Assembly (NCBI GenBank): GCA_045837725.1
Contig: JBEWZL010000239.1
Coordinates: 558,001-622,000, forward strand
From: Vermamoeba vermiformis
Lineage: Eukaryota
Length of the DNA: 64,000 nt
Reading direction: 5' to 3'
The notes beneath the pieces were generated by a model. That model saw only the letters and a program-made list of their open reading frames with translations, did not search any database and was not told the origin of the DNA. The position numbers and the translations under genes are program-made. Positions 52,421 through 63,089 of this stretch are shown piece after piece. Numbering within the stretch: the stretch's first letter is position 1; every line of letters starts with the position of its first letter.

Positions 52421-54257
52421 TTAGGTGGACTTCTGCTTCTTTGCAGAACTTTGAGTAGGGCCAGAAGCATCTGAGCTGTCATCATCAGGAGCTGCTCGTT
52501 TTCTGCTAGGGGAGTGCGTTGGTGATGATGGAGGTGTTATTGGGGTACCTAGAAGACGAGAAACTTCATGGTAAACTTGTTCCACATCTTCAGCTGTCAA
52601 GTTTGCAAATTGGTTATTGCGTTCAGCTTCCTGCAATGATTTGGAGGCTTTCATCATGACGGAGAATGCCAACTGCCATTTCTTATCTGAAGTATGGTTC
52701 CCAAAGTTTCGTTGACGAGCCTCTTCAGTGATATCGCGCAGTTTTTTGCTTGCCTCAGCAAAGTTCAAGAACAATTGTCTATATAGCTGGAATTGCTCAC
52801 TTTTCTCTCTATCTGACAAAATTTCACGGATGATCTTGTCTCTTTGGTTTGCATTTGATGGGACAGGAGATGGGGGATCCATTTCTGGGATTTCATCAAA
52901 TTCATCATTTTCATACTCTCTGGAGTAAACAGAGTCATTGTGCTCTGCATCCTCAGAATCTTCGATAGATAAGCTTTCTGAGTTCTCTTCCCAATCTTCA
53001 TTGCCTTGTTCAGTTGCAGGAGGGGCTCTTTCAGCTACTTCACCATCTGTCTGCAAGGCAAGGAACTCTTCAAATGTGAGGTTGCAGTGCTCTGTTGCTT
53101 CAGTGTCCTGCTGTATGGCGGTTTGTGTTGGCTCATACCTGTAATAAATTAGACTTTGCTGAGTTCTGCACAGAACACATACACAAAAAGCTTGTGGTTG
53201 GCAGGGGGCTGGATCTTTCTTGATTGCTGAGGCAATCCTAGATTGTAGAGTGCTGCACAGATTCTGAATGCTACATTAAAGAGCTGATGATCCAGGCGCC
53301 AGATGAGCTTCAGAACTTTAAATGTTGACTTAAGTCTTCCAAACACTCTTTCAATTGCACTACGGATGTGCCTGTGGACTTTGTTGCTTGCTTTCTGGCG
53401 CAGAGACAATTGTCTGCCCTTGTATTTGATGATTGGAACTGTTCATGTAATCAGAATTCATAAATCCACTTCCTTCAGCAACATACCCCAAAAAGCATTC
53501 TTCTTAAAGTCCTTTACAAATGCACCATCAGCAATAGTGAAGTCTTCTCCAACAACAGCTTTGTAGTCTTTGATGTAGATGGACAAAAGTTTTTGGTCAT
53601 TGTGAGACCCAGCTGGATGCGACTCTTTTGAGACATAGATAATCTTGTCATTGAAATCTGTTGCTGCTAGAGTTGTTAAAGCCCCACGCTTTAGCTTGAA
53701 GCTGTGGTGAGAATCTTTTTGTGCACTGCTGGTCTCAGCTGGGCAATGAGTTCCATCTAACAATGCTCGTATTTTGGAGTATGGCTCCATCAGAACATTC
53801 TCTGCTGCATCTTTTCTTTCTGCTGCAGTTGAGGTGATGTGCTCAGATGGAAAATCTTTCAGCTTTGAATACATTAGTTCTATGTAGATCTTGACGTACA
53901 ATGCATACCAAATCAAGCATACAACGGATAAACTCAGACATGGTTGAGCTAGGAATGCCATAATCATCATAGAAGGACATAATTGGACTATAACAAAGCC
54001 AATGGATGAAGATCAAACATGCATCACTAATTGATAGATAGGATCTATCGAATATTAGACAAACATAATGCAATGTAATGCACTTACGGTACTAGTTTTG
54101 GCGGATGCTTCTTGCCCTCAGGCACAGTATTCAAAACTCACTTCAAATACTTGTACAAAGTGTACTGAGCAGCCTTGTGCACTTTGGCAACCTTTGCCAC
54201 CAGTTGCTTGAAATGGCGCTTAGAGGGGCGCCTTAGCTTCTTGGGAGATCTCTCCAT
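52421..54257 (-). CDS. Harbinger/ISL2EU-type DDE transposase (HTH + DDE_Tnp_4) with an acidic, NLS-like C-terminal extension; 4 introns
   Basis: HTH-like LSISDACLIFIHWL...YGIPSSTMSEFI, catalytic motifs LLDGTH, GSHND and IADGAF, and RSAIERVFGRLKSTFKVL. GT-AG introns keep the frame by eye. Confidence 0.85.
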
Positions 54258-54886
54258 TACTATACAATAAGATTAAGTCACTATTTTTGCATCATGTTTG
54301 CAGATCTACTATGACTTTACTAATGCACCAAAAAACTTGAATTAAATATATAAGATAGTACCCCCCATATACATTATATATGTATAATAAGAGCCCTTAT
54401 ATAGAGGGTGTGTCCTATGGCGGTCCTGCACAAGATCCAGATCTAAAAAAATTCAAAACTCTTACAAATATTTTCTGGAATCTCAGGACAGTGCCAAAAT
54501 TTCGAAAATCAATTATAATAACATATTGTAATTATATTGGGCCTTCTAAGTAGGGTACAACTTACCTCTAAGTTTTCTCTCAGTCTTTGGCTTAGATCTG
54601 ACTTTAATTAATGATGTAATTGAAATTTAATATATTTCTAACAGGTATTTATTAGTGTTACAATTATAACCCTGTTAGTGGGTGATGATACTGCAATAAA
54701 AAAAAAAATAAAAAAGTGGGTTACCAGGATTTGAACCTGGGACTTCTGTGTGATTGCCAACCATCGGAAGGTATTGTAAAAACCCATTTGGGTGTATTTC
54801 ATTTATTCTTTGTGTGTAAAGTTTTCTTTTGCTTTTCTATTGTTCTTCAGTTTATTAGGCAGAATTAGCTAACACCAGAATAAATA

Positions 54887-56327
54887 TCAAAGTTTGTTTG
54901 CAAGTAAGAAGGCAGTACGGAATGAGCTGTCTGCCTCTGCTTGCTGCTGTTGTTGTAGAATTGTCATGAACTGGGCCTGTTGCTGTGCCATAGAGTGTCT
55001 GTGCTGCATTTGCTGCAACTCCAGTATACTTTGGAGATATTGGTTGCTTGCATTGTTTGCAGTATTCAACACAGAAGTGGGAACTGGGCTGGGTGTCAAT
55101 CCTGTAGTTTGAGGACTCAAGTGGACAGCTGGAACTCCAACTAATTCAGTTGTGTTAGTGGCAGCAGTGGGTGCAGCTTGCGGTGGTGGGAGCTTTGGTA
55201 ATGTTGGCTTGTGAATGGACTTTGTCTTGTTCTTAAGTGGGATAACTTCATCTTCTGACTCTGATGGAGAAAAACTTTGCAATTGTCGTCGTTTGACCAA
55301 AGAAGGCTCTACTACAGCAATAGGTCTCTTCTGATCTTTAGCAACAAGTCCCTTGCTTGCTCCTGTAAACGTCTTTGTCAAAACCTATCGGTAATAGAAT
55401 TTGCTACCTTTTTTGCTTGGCGCAGCTGGCTTTACCAGTGTTCTTGAGGCATGTACTGGCTGGGTCCTAGAAGCCTTTTTTGCTGGCTCTGTTTTCACAG
55501 TAGGTTTTGGAGAGACTTTTCTAGTCTGGACAACGTAAATAAATAGGGTTATTTTGTTTCTGACATACCTTTGCTGCATAATAAGCCTTAAACAATTCAT
55601 CCAGGCACTCCTTTTGACTATTGCTAGCTTTGCCTTCAACTGACTTGACATCACTGAACTTGACTTCAATTACAGATTTAAGGGAAGGATCTGCAAGGAG
55701 AACCTTGTTGAATTGCTTATTGCGAATGATGAATAGCACTGTATGCAAGCCAATGACATTTTTTACAACCACTGTATCTCCAACTTCGACAGCAAAGTCA
55801 TCCATCCGCCGAGTCACTTTATAATAATAATTGCCATTCCAAGGCTCTCCATGGTACTTGTAGAACTCAGTATATACCTCTAAATCAGCAACAAGTCAGA
55901 GTTGATCCAACAATGCCTTATTACTTACCTTTGTCATCGGCAGAGTTCAGCCCGCGGAAGGAAGATTTTTCTTCTTGGACAGTGTCATTGCTTACTATAA
56001 TTGATTTATGTATGAGTAACACTTACAATAATAAATTAATATGTACCTTCATTATTGGAGTTACCAATAGGAATTTTGGTTTGCCGATCAGGATCGAGGG
56101 ACTCAATTTTTTCTTCTAGCCATTAAAAATTAGTTTCCTTATAAATAAAGAGACATCATAATGTTGGGAAAATTATAGAATAATTAAGAGAGTTAATTAC
56201 CAGCTATTAATGATTCCCGAGTGGATTTTGGACTGGGCGGGGGATTTTGCTTTGGCTGCTGGGCTTCACTGTCAACTGATGCAGCAGTAGGGTTGTCAAT
56301 TAATACCTTGTCAGTATCCTCACTCAT
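54887..56327 (-). CDS. Transposon accessory protein: acidic N-terminus, BAH/SH3-like beta-barrel, Pro/Gln-rich tail (multi-exon)
   Basis: ATG at 56327 (MSEDTDKV...). Exons join through GT-AG introns to NYYKVTRRMDDFAVEVGDTVVVKNVIGLHTVLFII...IEVKFSDV and then to ORFs 55385-55669 and 54887-55381. Confidence 0.6.
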
Positions 56328-57174
56328 TGTGGTGTTCATGTAATGATTTCCGAGGACAATTGGATTTGGTTACCCATAAAAGGAAATTAACCAGGGCACT
56401 TGCTACGGAGAAGTTATTTGACCATTATTTCATTCCAATAATACCATTAAACAACACCTATAGTTCAAATCACCTATTATATACCTCATACAACACATCA
56501 TTATCAAGGCAACTCAATGGATTCAAAACTAATGTAAGTCAAGGTGGATTTAACTTTACATCTTGCTCGGAAATTATTACATATGAAGACATATATCAAT
56601 TTATAATTATATATGCATTACAATAATTTAAATATGCTAGTTTAATGGCTATTTTGAATTTTTGAGGAGAAAATTGATGGCATAATTTCATATCCAGCTC
56701 GGAAATTGTTAGGTATCAACATAATACATAATAATAACATATGTATGCTGCTTATATTATATATATCCCATATCTATCATTTTGGGGCTGATCATTGCAT
56801 ATTCAAAAAGCCTATTATCTGTTCTGTCTCGTGCACCAGTCAAATCCTTGCCGTAAGAGGGTTTTCAATCTATAGTATCATTACTAATTAACCAAATTGT
56901 TTCAAACATGGTGTATGCATTTGTACATATACAATGAGCAATACTAAAGCTTTGATATATATTTTAAAGATAGTTTTGCTAGTTCAGTTCTGCCGATCTA
57001 GATCAGACAAGATCCACTACTCATGAGTAAAAGAGAATTGAAGTAACTCCTATCCCTATTCATTGTGCTTACAATTATTTATGCTATTAGTAATGGCAGT
57101 AGCTGGACTATTGAGTTAATGCAAGTAAAGTTCTCTCAGGTCATCTTTGTTGACAATTTCTGTGCCTTACCCAG

Positions 57175-57470
57175 ACTTTGCCGAACTCTATTAAGTATAT
57201 ATATGGTATTACAATACCTCATGTAGTTTATGTATGCAATTGATTTTGGTAAGAAAAATCATGATTGCCCAACACTGGTGTAACGTAACTTTAACTTCAA
57301 CTTCGTGTGCAGCACGACTTTGCCGAACTCAACTAAATATAATGCTGGCAGTTATTCATTGCATCTAATATATATATAGCACTGTTATGGCTAGCTAAAA
57401 TCGTAGGGGTTCACAGTGGTGCGCATCAACCCTCTTGCTGCTGACGTAAAACAGCACTACTTTGCCGAAC
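57175..57470 (+). repeat. Degenerate 142-bp tandem repeat with a conserved ACTTTGCCGAAC core
   Basis: The exact 12-mer occurs at 57175, 57317 and 57459 (spacing 142, 142). Units 1 and 2 align weakly along their length. Confidence 0.75.
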
Positions 57471-57585
57471 GACTCTTACTATTCTATGCTATTGATCATC
57501 ATATAATGATACAAAATTGACCAACAATATAGATTTTAAAAATCACTATTCATGTGCAGTTCATTAATACTGTTACTTCAGGAAA

Positions 57586-60500
57586 ATGACATTCCAAGGC
57601 TTTCAATGGGGCTCTAACAGTAAGTTAAGCACTATTAATAGAATGACCTAACAATGGTAGATATGAATGACCTATGCACTATTGAGACAGTTGGCTTCGT
57701 TCTTCGGCTAGTGCTGCAAAAATTGCCAGGACACAAGTTTGAGAGTGACTTTTTTAAACTATTGACGGGTTGGATTAATAATGGACCACTATCCAATGAA
57801 AGGCTACACCAATTAAAATTGGATCTGATAGATGCCCTTGGTCCTGTTGTAGGCTGGGTGCCTTGCAAGACTTATGTCTCAATTGGTGCAATACTCACGG
57901 CAGCTTTCAAAACTCTGTCAATTGCCGAATCAGCATTATTTGTCTCTACTCTTAAAGTTGTTAGCCACTGCAAATGTCCTACAACAACAAAGCTATTTCA
58001 TCAAGTGGCAGTTTTTGTTGAAGAAAAACTGACTGACAGTACACTCTCACTCCAAGCTGCACTCAACCACTTAGCAGACTACAACTGCCAGCTACCCATC
58101 AACTGCTATGATTGTGGAATACAACCTGTTGAACATCGTAAGTTCAATTAGAAGAAATGAATTTGATATTAAACTGTGTAGGTACATTGGAGTTGCCACA
58201 AGTTTTGACTGTCGAGTTAGGAAGACTCAAAAGGCAATTTAGCAACCCAAATATAACCATCGAGCCAGTTTTAACTGTCAACAATTGTCAGTATTACCTA
58301 TTAGCTGTAATGATGTGCCCACACTACATGCTATTTTGTGCAACAGTCAGTCTTGTATTTCTATGATGGCATGCAAAATGAAGGAATTGCCACTCCAGTG
58401 GCAGAAACACTTGAAACAAGCAAATCTAAGATATATTATGACCACATTGTGTACTTAAAACGACAGGTAATTTAACCTGGTTTAGTTCTTCTAAGCATTA
58501 ACTCTTGGTAGAATTCTGCACCTGTTTCGAAAGCCATCAATGCAAAAGACCTATTTACTACCTTGCAAGTGCAGCCAGAAAGTACCCCAATTGCCTCGCA
58601 GAATCTGTTCCAAGTCCTAACAAAGAATATCATTCCATCTGAAAAACTCAAGTCATTAAAAAAACAAAAGTTACTTGGGGCTGATTCAATTAACAAAGGT
58701 ACTTATAACTTGCAAATTTTACATCTAACTAACATTTTCCAGTTGCAGCTACAAACTGTTGTAAGGCTAGATGTACTGAACTCTTCACTACCAGCCAGAT
58801 TCTGGAAAGCCGCAAGATGGTGGCTGAGCTCAATGACAGTCAGAAAACTAAGTGGCTGATGAAATTTTTTGAAACAAACATGAACATTGATAGCCCAGCT
58901 GTTGCTTTCCTGGTAGGAGGTGTATCAGTTTGTCAGCTTGCATTTTGCAGAGTTTATGGAGTGTCTGTCGACAAGGTTATTCAATGCAAGCAACAATACC
59001 TAAATGGAACAAAGGCTCATATGCATGGTAATTGCTTTCGGGTGTATGACTCCCCAAAGAGAGACTCAGTAGCCGCTTGGATCCAAAACTATTGCAATAC
59101 ATATGGTGATTATGTGCCAACTAAAGATGAAATTCACTTACCATCACACATGACGTAAGTTCTTGTTCTGATACTGTGATTGCTAACCAATGCAAGTGTG
59201 AAGGAATGGTACAATCTGTTTTCTGGTGAATTTGCCAATCTTCACCCAGGAGCTGACACACCAAGCTATGAAACTTTCAAGCAGGTCAAGCGCAAATGGT
59301 TTGCAGTAAGTTACTATGTGCATCTTTCAATTTTGCTAAAGATTTTAGAATGTTAAACGCCCGAAGGAGACTCGACTTGGCAAATGTTCAACCTGTTTAT
59401 TGATTAAACAACGGCGACTACAGTGCCCTTCAGAAGATAAGCTGTTGCAATTGAAACAGCAGATGAATGAACACATAGATTATATTACAAAGGACAGACA
59501 GATGTATCGGCAAAGAGCAGATATTGCCATTAAGCAACCCTTCTTGAAGATGAGCATCATTACAGACAAAAGTGGCAGTTTTCAACTTCCTCAGCACCAT
59601 CCAATGCCAAAAGAATGGGCGAATATTAACCTTTTGCAAGCAAGCTTTGTAGGCTTCATTAACCACGGGCTGAACAAGAAAGAGTTAGTGTTTTTCAAGG
59701 AGTCTGATTACATTGCAGATGCAGACTTTTACATCTCACTCCTGTTCCATCATTTGAAAGAATCTTTGCTATCAATTCAACCACAAAATAGACCGACAAC
59801 ACTGTATTTACAAGTAGATAACAGTGCAGCTGAAGGCAAAAATCAATATTTGCTTCAATTTGCAGCATTACTAGTGCACAATGAGTGGTTTGAAGAGGTT
59901 TTCATTCATTATTTACAACCTGGCCACACACATGAAGATATTGACCGACTATTTCAACCATTTCATACTTACTTCCAATGGAAAGTTATTGAAACTATGA
60001 ATGATGCTATTACATTTGCAAAGTCAATCTATCCCAAGGATGTGTATATTCATGAACTCCAATGGCCCATTCTTTCCTGGAAAAAGTGGTTTCTCACATT
60101 CTGCTCATCAATGAGTGGTCACAAAGACAAATATGCTTTTTGGCTAAAGAAAGGACTTGATGGCACTCCAACACTCCTGTTCAAACAAAAATCTCTCGAT
60201 GAAAATTGGATTGAAGTTGAAGAATCAGTGTTTAGTCATTCTCCGTCAGCCGAACCTGTAGCACTTCAACCAAACCCTGTGTCCAAGGAGTTGATAGCCA
60301 CAATAGTGACAAAGACCTCTAAATTTCTTTCTGAAAAGGTGAGGATTGTACTTTACTATTCAGTTACTAACATGTTGCAGGGCATCGAATATTACAAAGG
60401 TCTGGAGAGAACAGAAGAGGTGAAAGTTATGACAGAATTGTTCCAGATTGGCCAAGTTAAACGTGAAGGACCAGAGCTTGTGGTCTCATCAGAAAAAGAA

Positions 60501-60777
60501 CCAACAATGGTCAATTTAAAGAAGCGCAAACGGCAGGTTGAAGGTACCTTCAAATCATAGGTTTATTCTTAATTGTTACTCATTTTTGTTTGCAGATGAG
60601 GCAGAATGGGTAGTTAAAAGTATTATAGACCACCGAAAAGTTGGACGTAAGTTAGAGTGGCTGGTACTTTGGGACGGAGGACAACAGTCCTGGGAGCCAC
60701 GTAATTGCTTCATAGATGCAGACCAAAGCAAGAATGAAGTATGGGCTGACTATGAAAAGAAGAGATTGAGCAAATGA
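57586..60777 (+). CDS. Fusion of a USP-like cysteine protease, a Sola-type DDD transposase and a C-terminal chromodomain; apparent frameshift near 58327
   Basis: Protease part: GFQWGSN..C, CKC/CYDC, LPQVLTVEL, YYLLAV..HY/TCYF..FYDGM. Transposase part: CCKARC, VCQLAFCRVYGVS, HGN, GDYVP..IHLP, KCSTC, IITD, LQVDNS..EGKN, GHTHEDID. Chromodomain: EWVVKSIIDHR..LEWLVLWDG..SWEP. Confidence 0.8.
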
Positions 60778-61189
60778 TAGTCTAAAATAAATGAAATATA
60801 CCCAACTGGGTTTTTACAATACCTTTCGATAACCCCCATTTCCACTACCTGCTTCCGGATAGCCGAAACGCTCCGGATAGCCGAGCCGAGCCGGACCGGC
60901 CATCCCCCGATAGCTCAAATAGCACACAATTTTTGGATAGGATGTTAAACTGTTCTTTGTGCCCCAAACATGTCCTGGTTGCAAAAATACGTTATTTTCT
61001 TGATAAAGACGCTGAAATTACATCCATTAGCCACAATATCCAACTTTCCAATGTATGGTGATTACAATTCTTTCTCTATCTCCAGTGGCTGGAAGCTGAT
61101 GTGGATAGAAAGTTCATACCTAGTAGTATCCTATATATGCTCTGCCTACTGCAGCAAACAGAATTGAATTTCGTTAATTACTAACTTCA

Positions 61190-61500
61190 GCAGACGCCCT
61201 GTCGCCATGTCCCTGGATGGACACCCTGTCTATGGACGGACGTTCCGTCTAATTTGGGCAGGACGACCTCCTCTCAAATTGAGCAAGAAAACCCTAAGAC
61301 AGACAAGGCGACATAGGACAAGCTACAGATGGGACGTCCGCCCATAACAAAGTGCACTTGTGGATGCTTTCTATTTCGTCCATCTTTGACAGAGGGGACG
61401 TCCACCATTGACTATGACAGGTCCACTCAAACGATGGCCAAGCTGCATCTGTTGCTTTTTATTATGAGAACCTAGTGTGGCTAACGCCCTGTGGGTGTCT
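61190..61500. repeat. Degenerate repeat cluster related to the 51693-51890 palindrome
   Basis: Shares ACGCCCTGT, GGACGTCC, GCAGGACGACCTCC/AAATTGAGCAAG and ATGAGAACCTAGTG motifs with 51720-51880. Confidence 0.6.
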
Positions 61501-61765
61501 TCTTCCATGGACGTTGGGTGGGTGTAGGACTATGATCTTAGTGATCTTTTACTGTTCAATTTAGACCTGCTCCTGTCACGCCTCCTTTTGTAGACTGACA
61601 TTGGAGTCCTATTTTTCTTTCCAGACTCAACACTGAAAAAAAGAGTGGTAATGTTCACACAATGGTCAGCTATTGCCGGTTTCATCAGCCAGGCTATCCT
61701 CGAAAACACCCGGGAGTCCAATACAGATTTTGCGTTCAGTGAAAGAAAGATGTTACTTTCTCCCA

Positions 61766-63089
61766 CTATTTATTTGGCAATGGTAGTTCATAAACAGCCA
61801 ACTGATGCGCTTGAAATCGAGATTTCATTGCCAGGTACTGATTTTCAGTGGCTTGCGCCTCACTAAATATAAGGAGCTGTTCCATGTCAGTTGGTGTCTT
61901 GCTGGTCTCTCGTTCTTTTGGGTACTACAACGAGTTAATATTCATCAGTGCACCCCCTCAGAATATACCTTCAATGCAAGCTGAATGTACTGTACGCCAT
62001 CAATCAGGGCATTCCAGTTGATGTGAGTGTGTCCGAACACGTGACTGACAGATTTGATGCTCTAAAAATAACTCCTAGTTGGGTCGTACTCACCGAAAAT
62101 AAAGGCGTCAGTTACGTACGCGGATCTGCTCATCTAATTTTAGCGAGCCAACAACTTTAGGCAAGTACGGAATAAACAGCCTCTCACGTGCTAGCCAGAT
62201 TGTGAGTGGTGGCAATGTGACAGCTGGCTACTTACGCGGCAGACACTCTGGTCGCGGCAAGAAGTGCGAGAATGAAATGACAGGTGCGTCGTAACTGCGA
62301 TTGACACGTGTCAAATTGAGGTTCAGAAAGTATTGCTCGGGTGTATTCAGCACAGAATCATCGCCCTGGTTGAGGTGTTCTGGCAGCCATTTGCTGCATC
62401 TAAAATTAGATAGATTGACAGCTGGTGGCACATTACCAAAAGCGGTAATCATTCCAGCCTGCGAGAATTCGTTTCTCTTCGTCCTGCGCGAGGGGCACGG
62501 CATCGAATGAGCGGTGGTACCTGCAGTGTCACAGTGTTATATATATAGCGCTGCCTATACTCCTGCGCGTACCACGAGAACAGCGGCACGATCCAGATCG
62601 GATGTGCAGTGCCAATCTTGGTCGGTTCAGTGAGTACACCGTGCTTGCGACAGAGGAGCAGGATCTTGTTGAACTTGTCTACGGAGTGCTGTATTGAGGG
62701 GTCGTTGCGATCGTCCGTCAGCCACAGATCGTGATTGCCTAATTAGTATCGTCAGTCTCAACTCAGGACTGGCTTGACTGACCTGGCACATAGAAGACGT
62801 AGTGAAATTTGGAGGTGAGAGCGACGAAGAACTCTTCCAATAGCGCTAGTCGGTGCGTCACTGCGTCATAATAGTAAATTAAAGACTAATTAGTCTGCAA
62901 CTTTTCTGAATTAATGCGCGGTGCATTGAACCACTCATAATGCAACACTAGTGGTGCCGTACCATCACCTGCTACGATCAGTGCATCGTGGATGTATTCT
63001 GTGTTCGATAGATTGCGCACCCACTCCATGTTCGGTGCGTAGTCGATGTGCACATCTGAAGTGCAAAACACGCGCAAGGAGGGCTGCAT
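61766..63089 (-). CDS. Calcineurin-like metallophosphoesterase (multi-exon)
   Basis: Motifs SDVHID, LIVAGD, VPGNHDLW, SFSHFLP and HVFGHTH. The 3' exon is approximate. Confidence 0.85.

Larger units (their letters stand above)
54763..60830 (+). mobile_element. Sola-like DNA transposon, 6,068 bp, with 45-bp TIRs and a 4-bp TSD (AACC)
   Basis: The left TIR (54763-54807) ATCGGAAGGTATTGTAAAAACCCATTTGGGTGTATTTCATTTATT matches the reverse complement of 60786-60830 at 42/45. AACC occurs at 54759-54762 and 60831-60834. Confidence 0.88.
52178..60908 (-). mobile_element. PIF/Harbinger-superfamily DNA transposon (about 2.66 kb once the nested element is removed)
   Basis: The TIR GGAGGATGGCCAGTCCAGGCTGGCTC (52178-52203) matches the reverse complement of 60883-60908, GGGGGATGGCCGGTCCGGCTCGGCTC. 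GAT flanks both ends (52175-52177, 60909-60911). Subterminal CCGGATA repeats occur at both ends and a DDE_Tnp_4-like gene lies inside. Confidence 0.8.

Noticed and set aside
51350-54762. Functional tRNA genes at the four B-box sites
   Set aside because: Only the T-arm and a short 3' segment are present, and no D-arm/anticodon-arm cloverleaf can be folded.
57175-57470. CRISPR-like array (regular repeats with spacers)
   Set aside because: There are only three 12-bp cores, the 130-bp spacers are similar to each other, there are no cas genes, and the context is eukaryotic.
51851-61477. A bona fide CACTA/EnSpm element with CACTA...TAGTG termini
   Set aside because: The flanks (CGT / TGG) give no TSD, the inverted similarity extends beyond CACTA, and no EnSpm transposase is present. 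It is kept only as a repeat observation.
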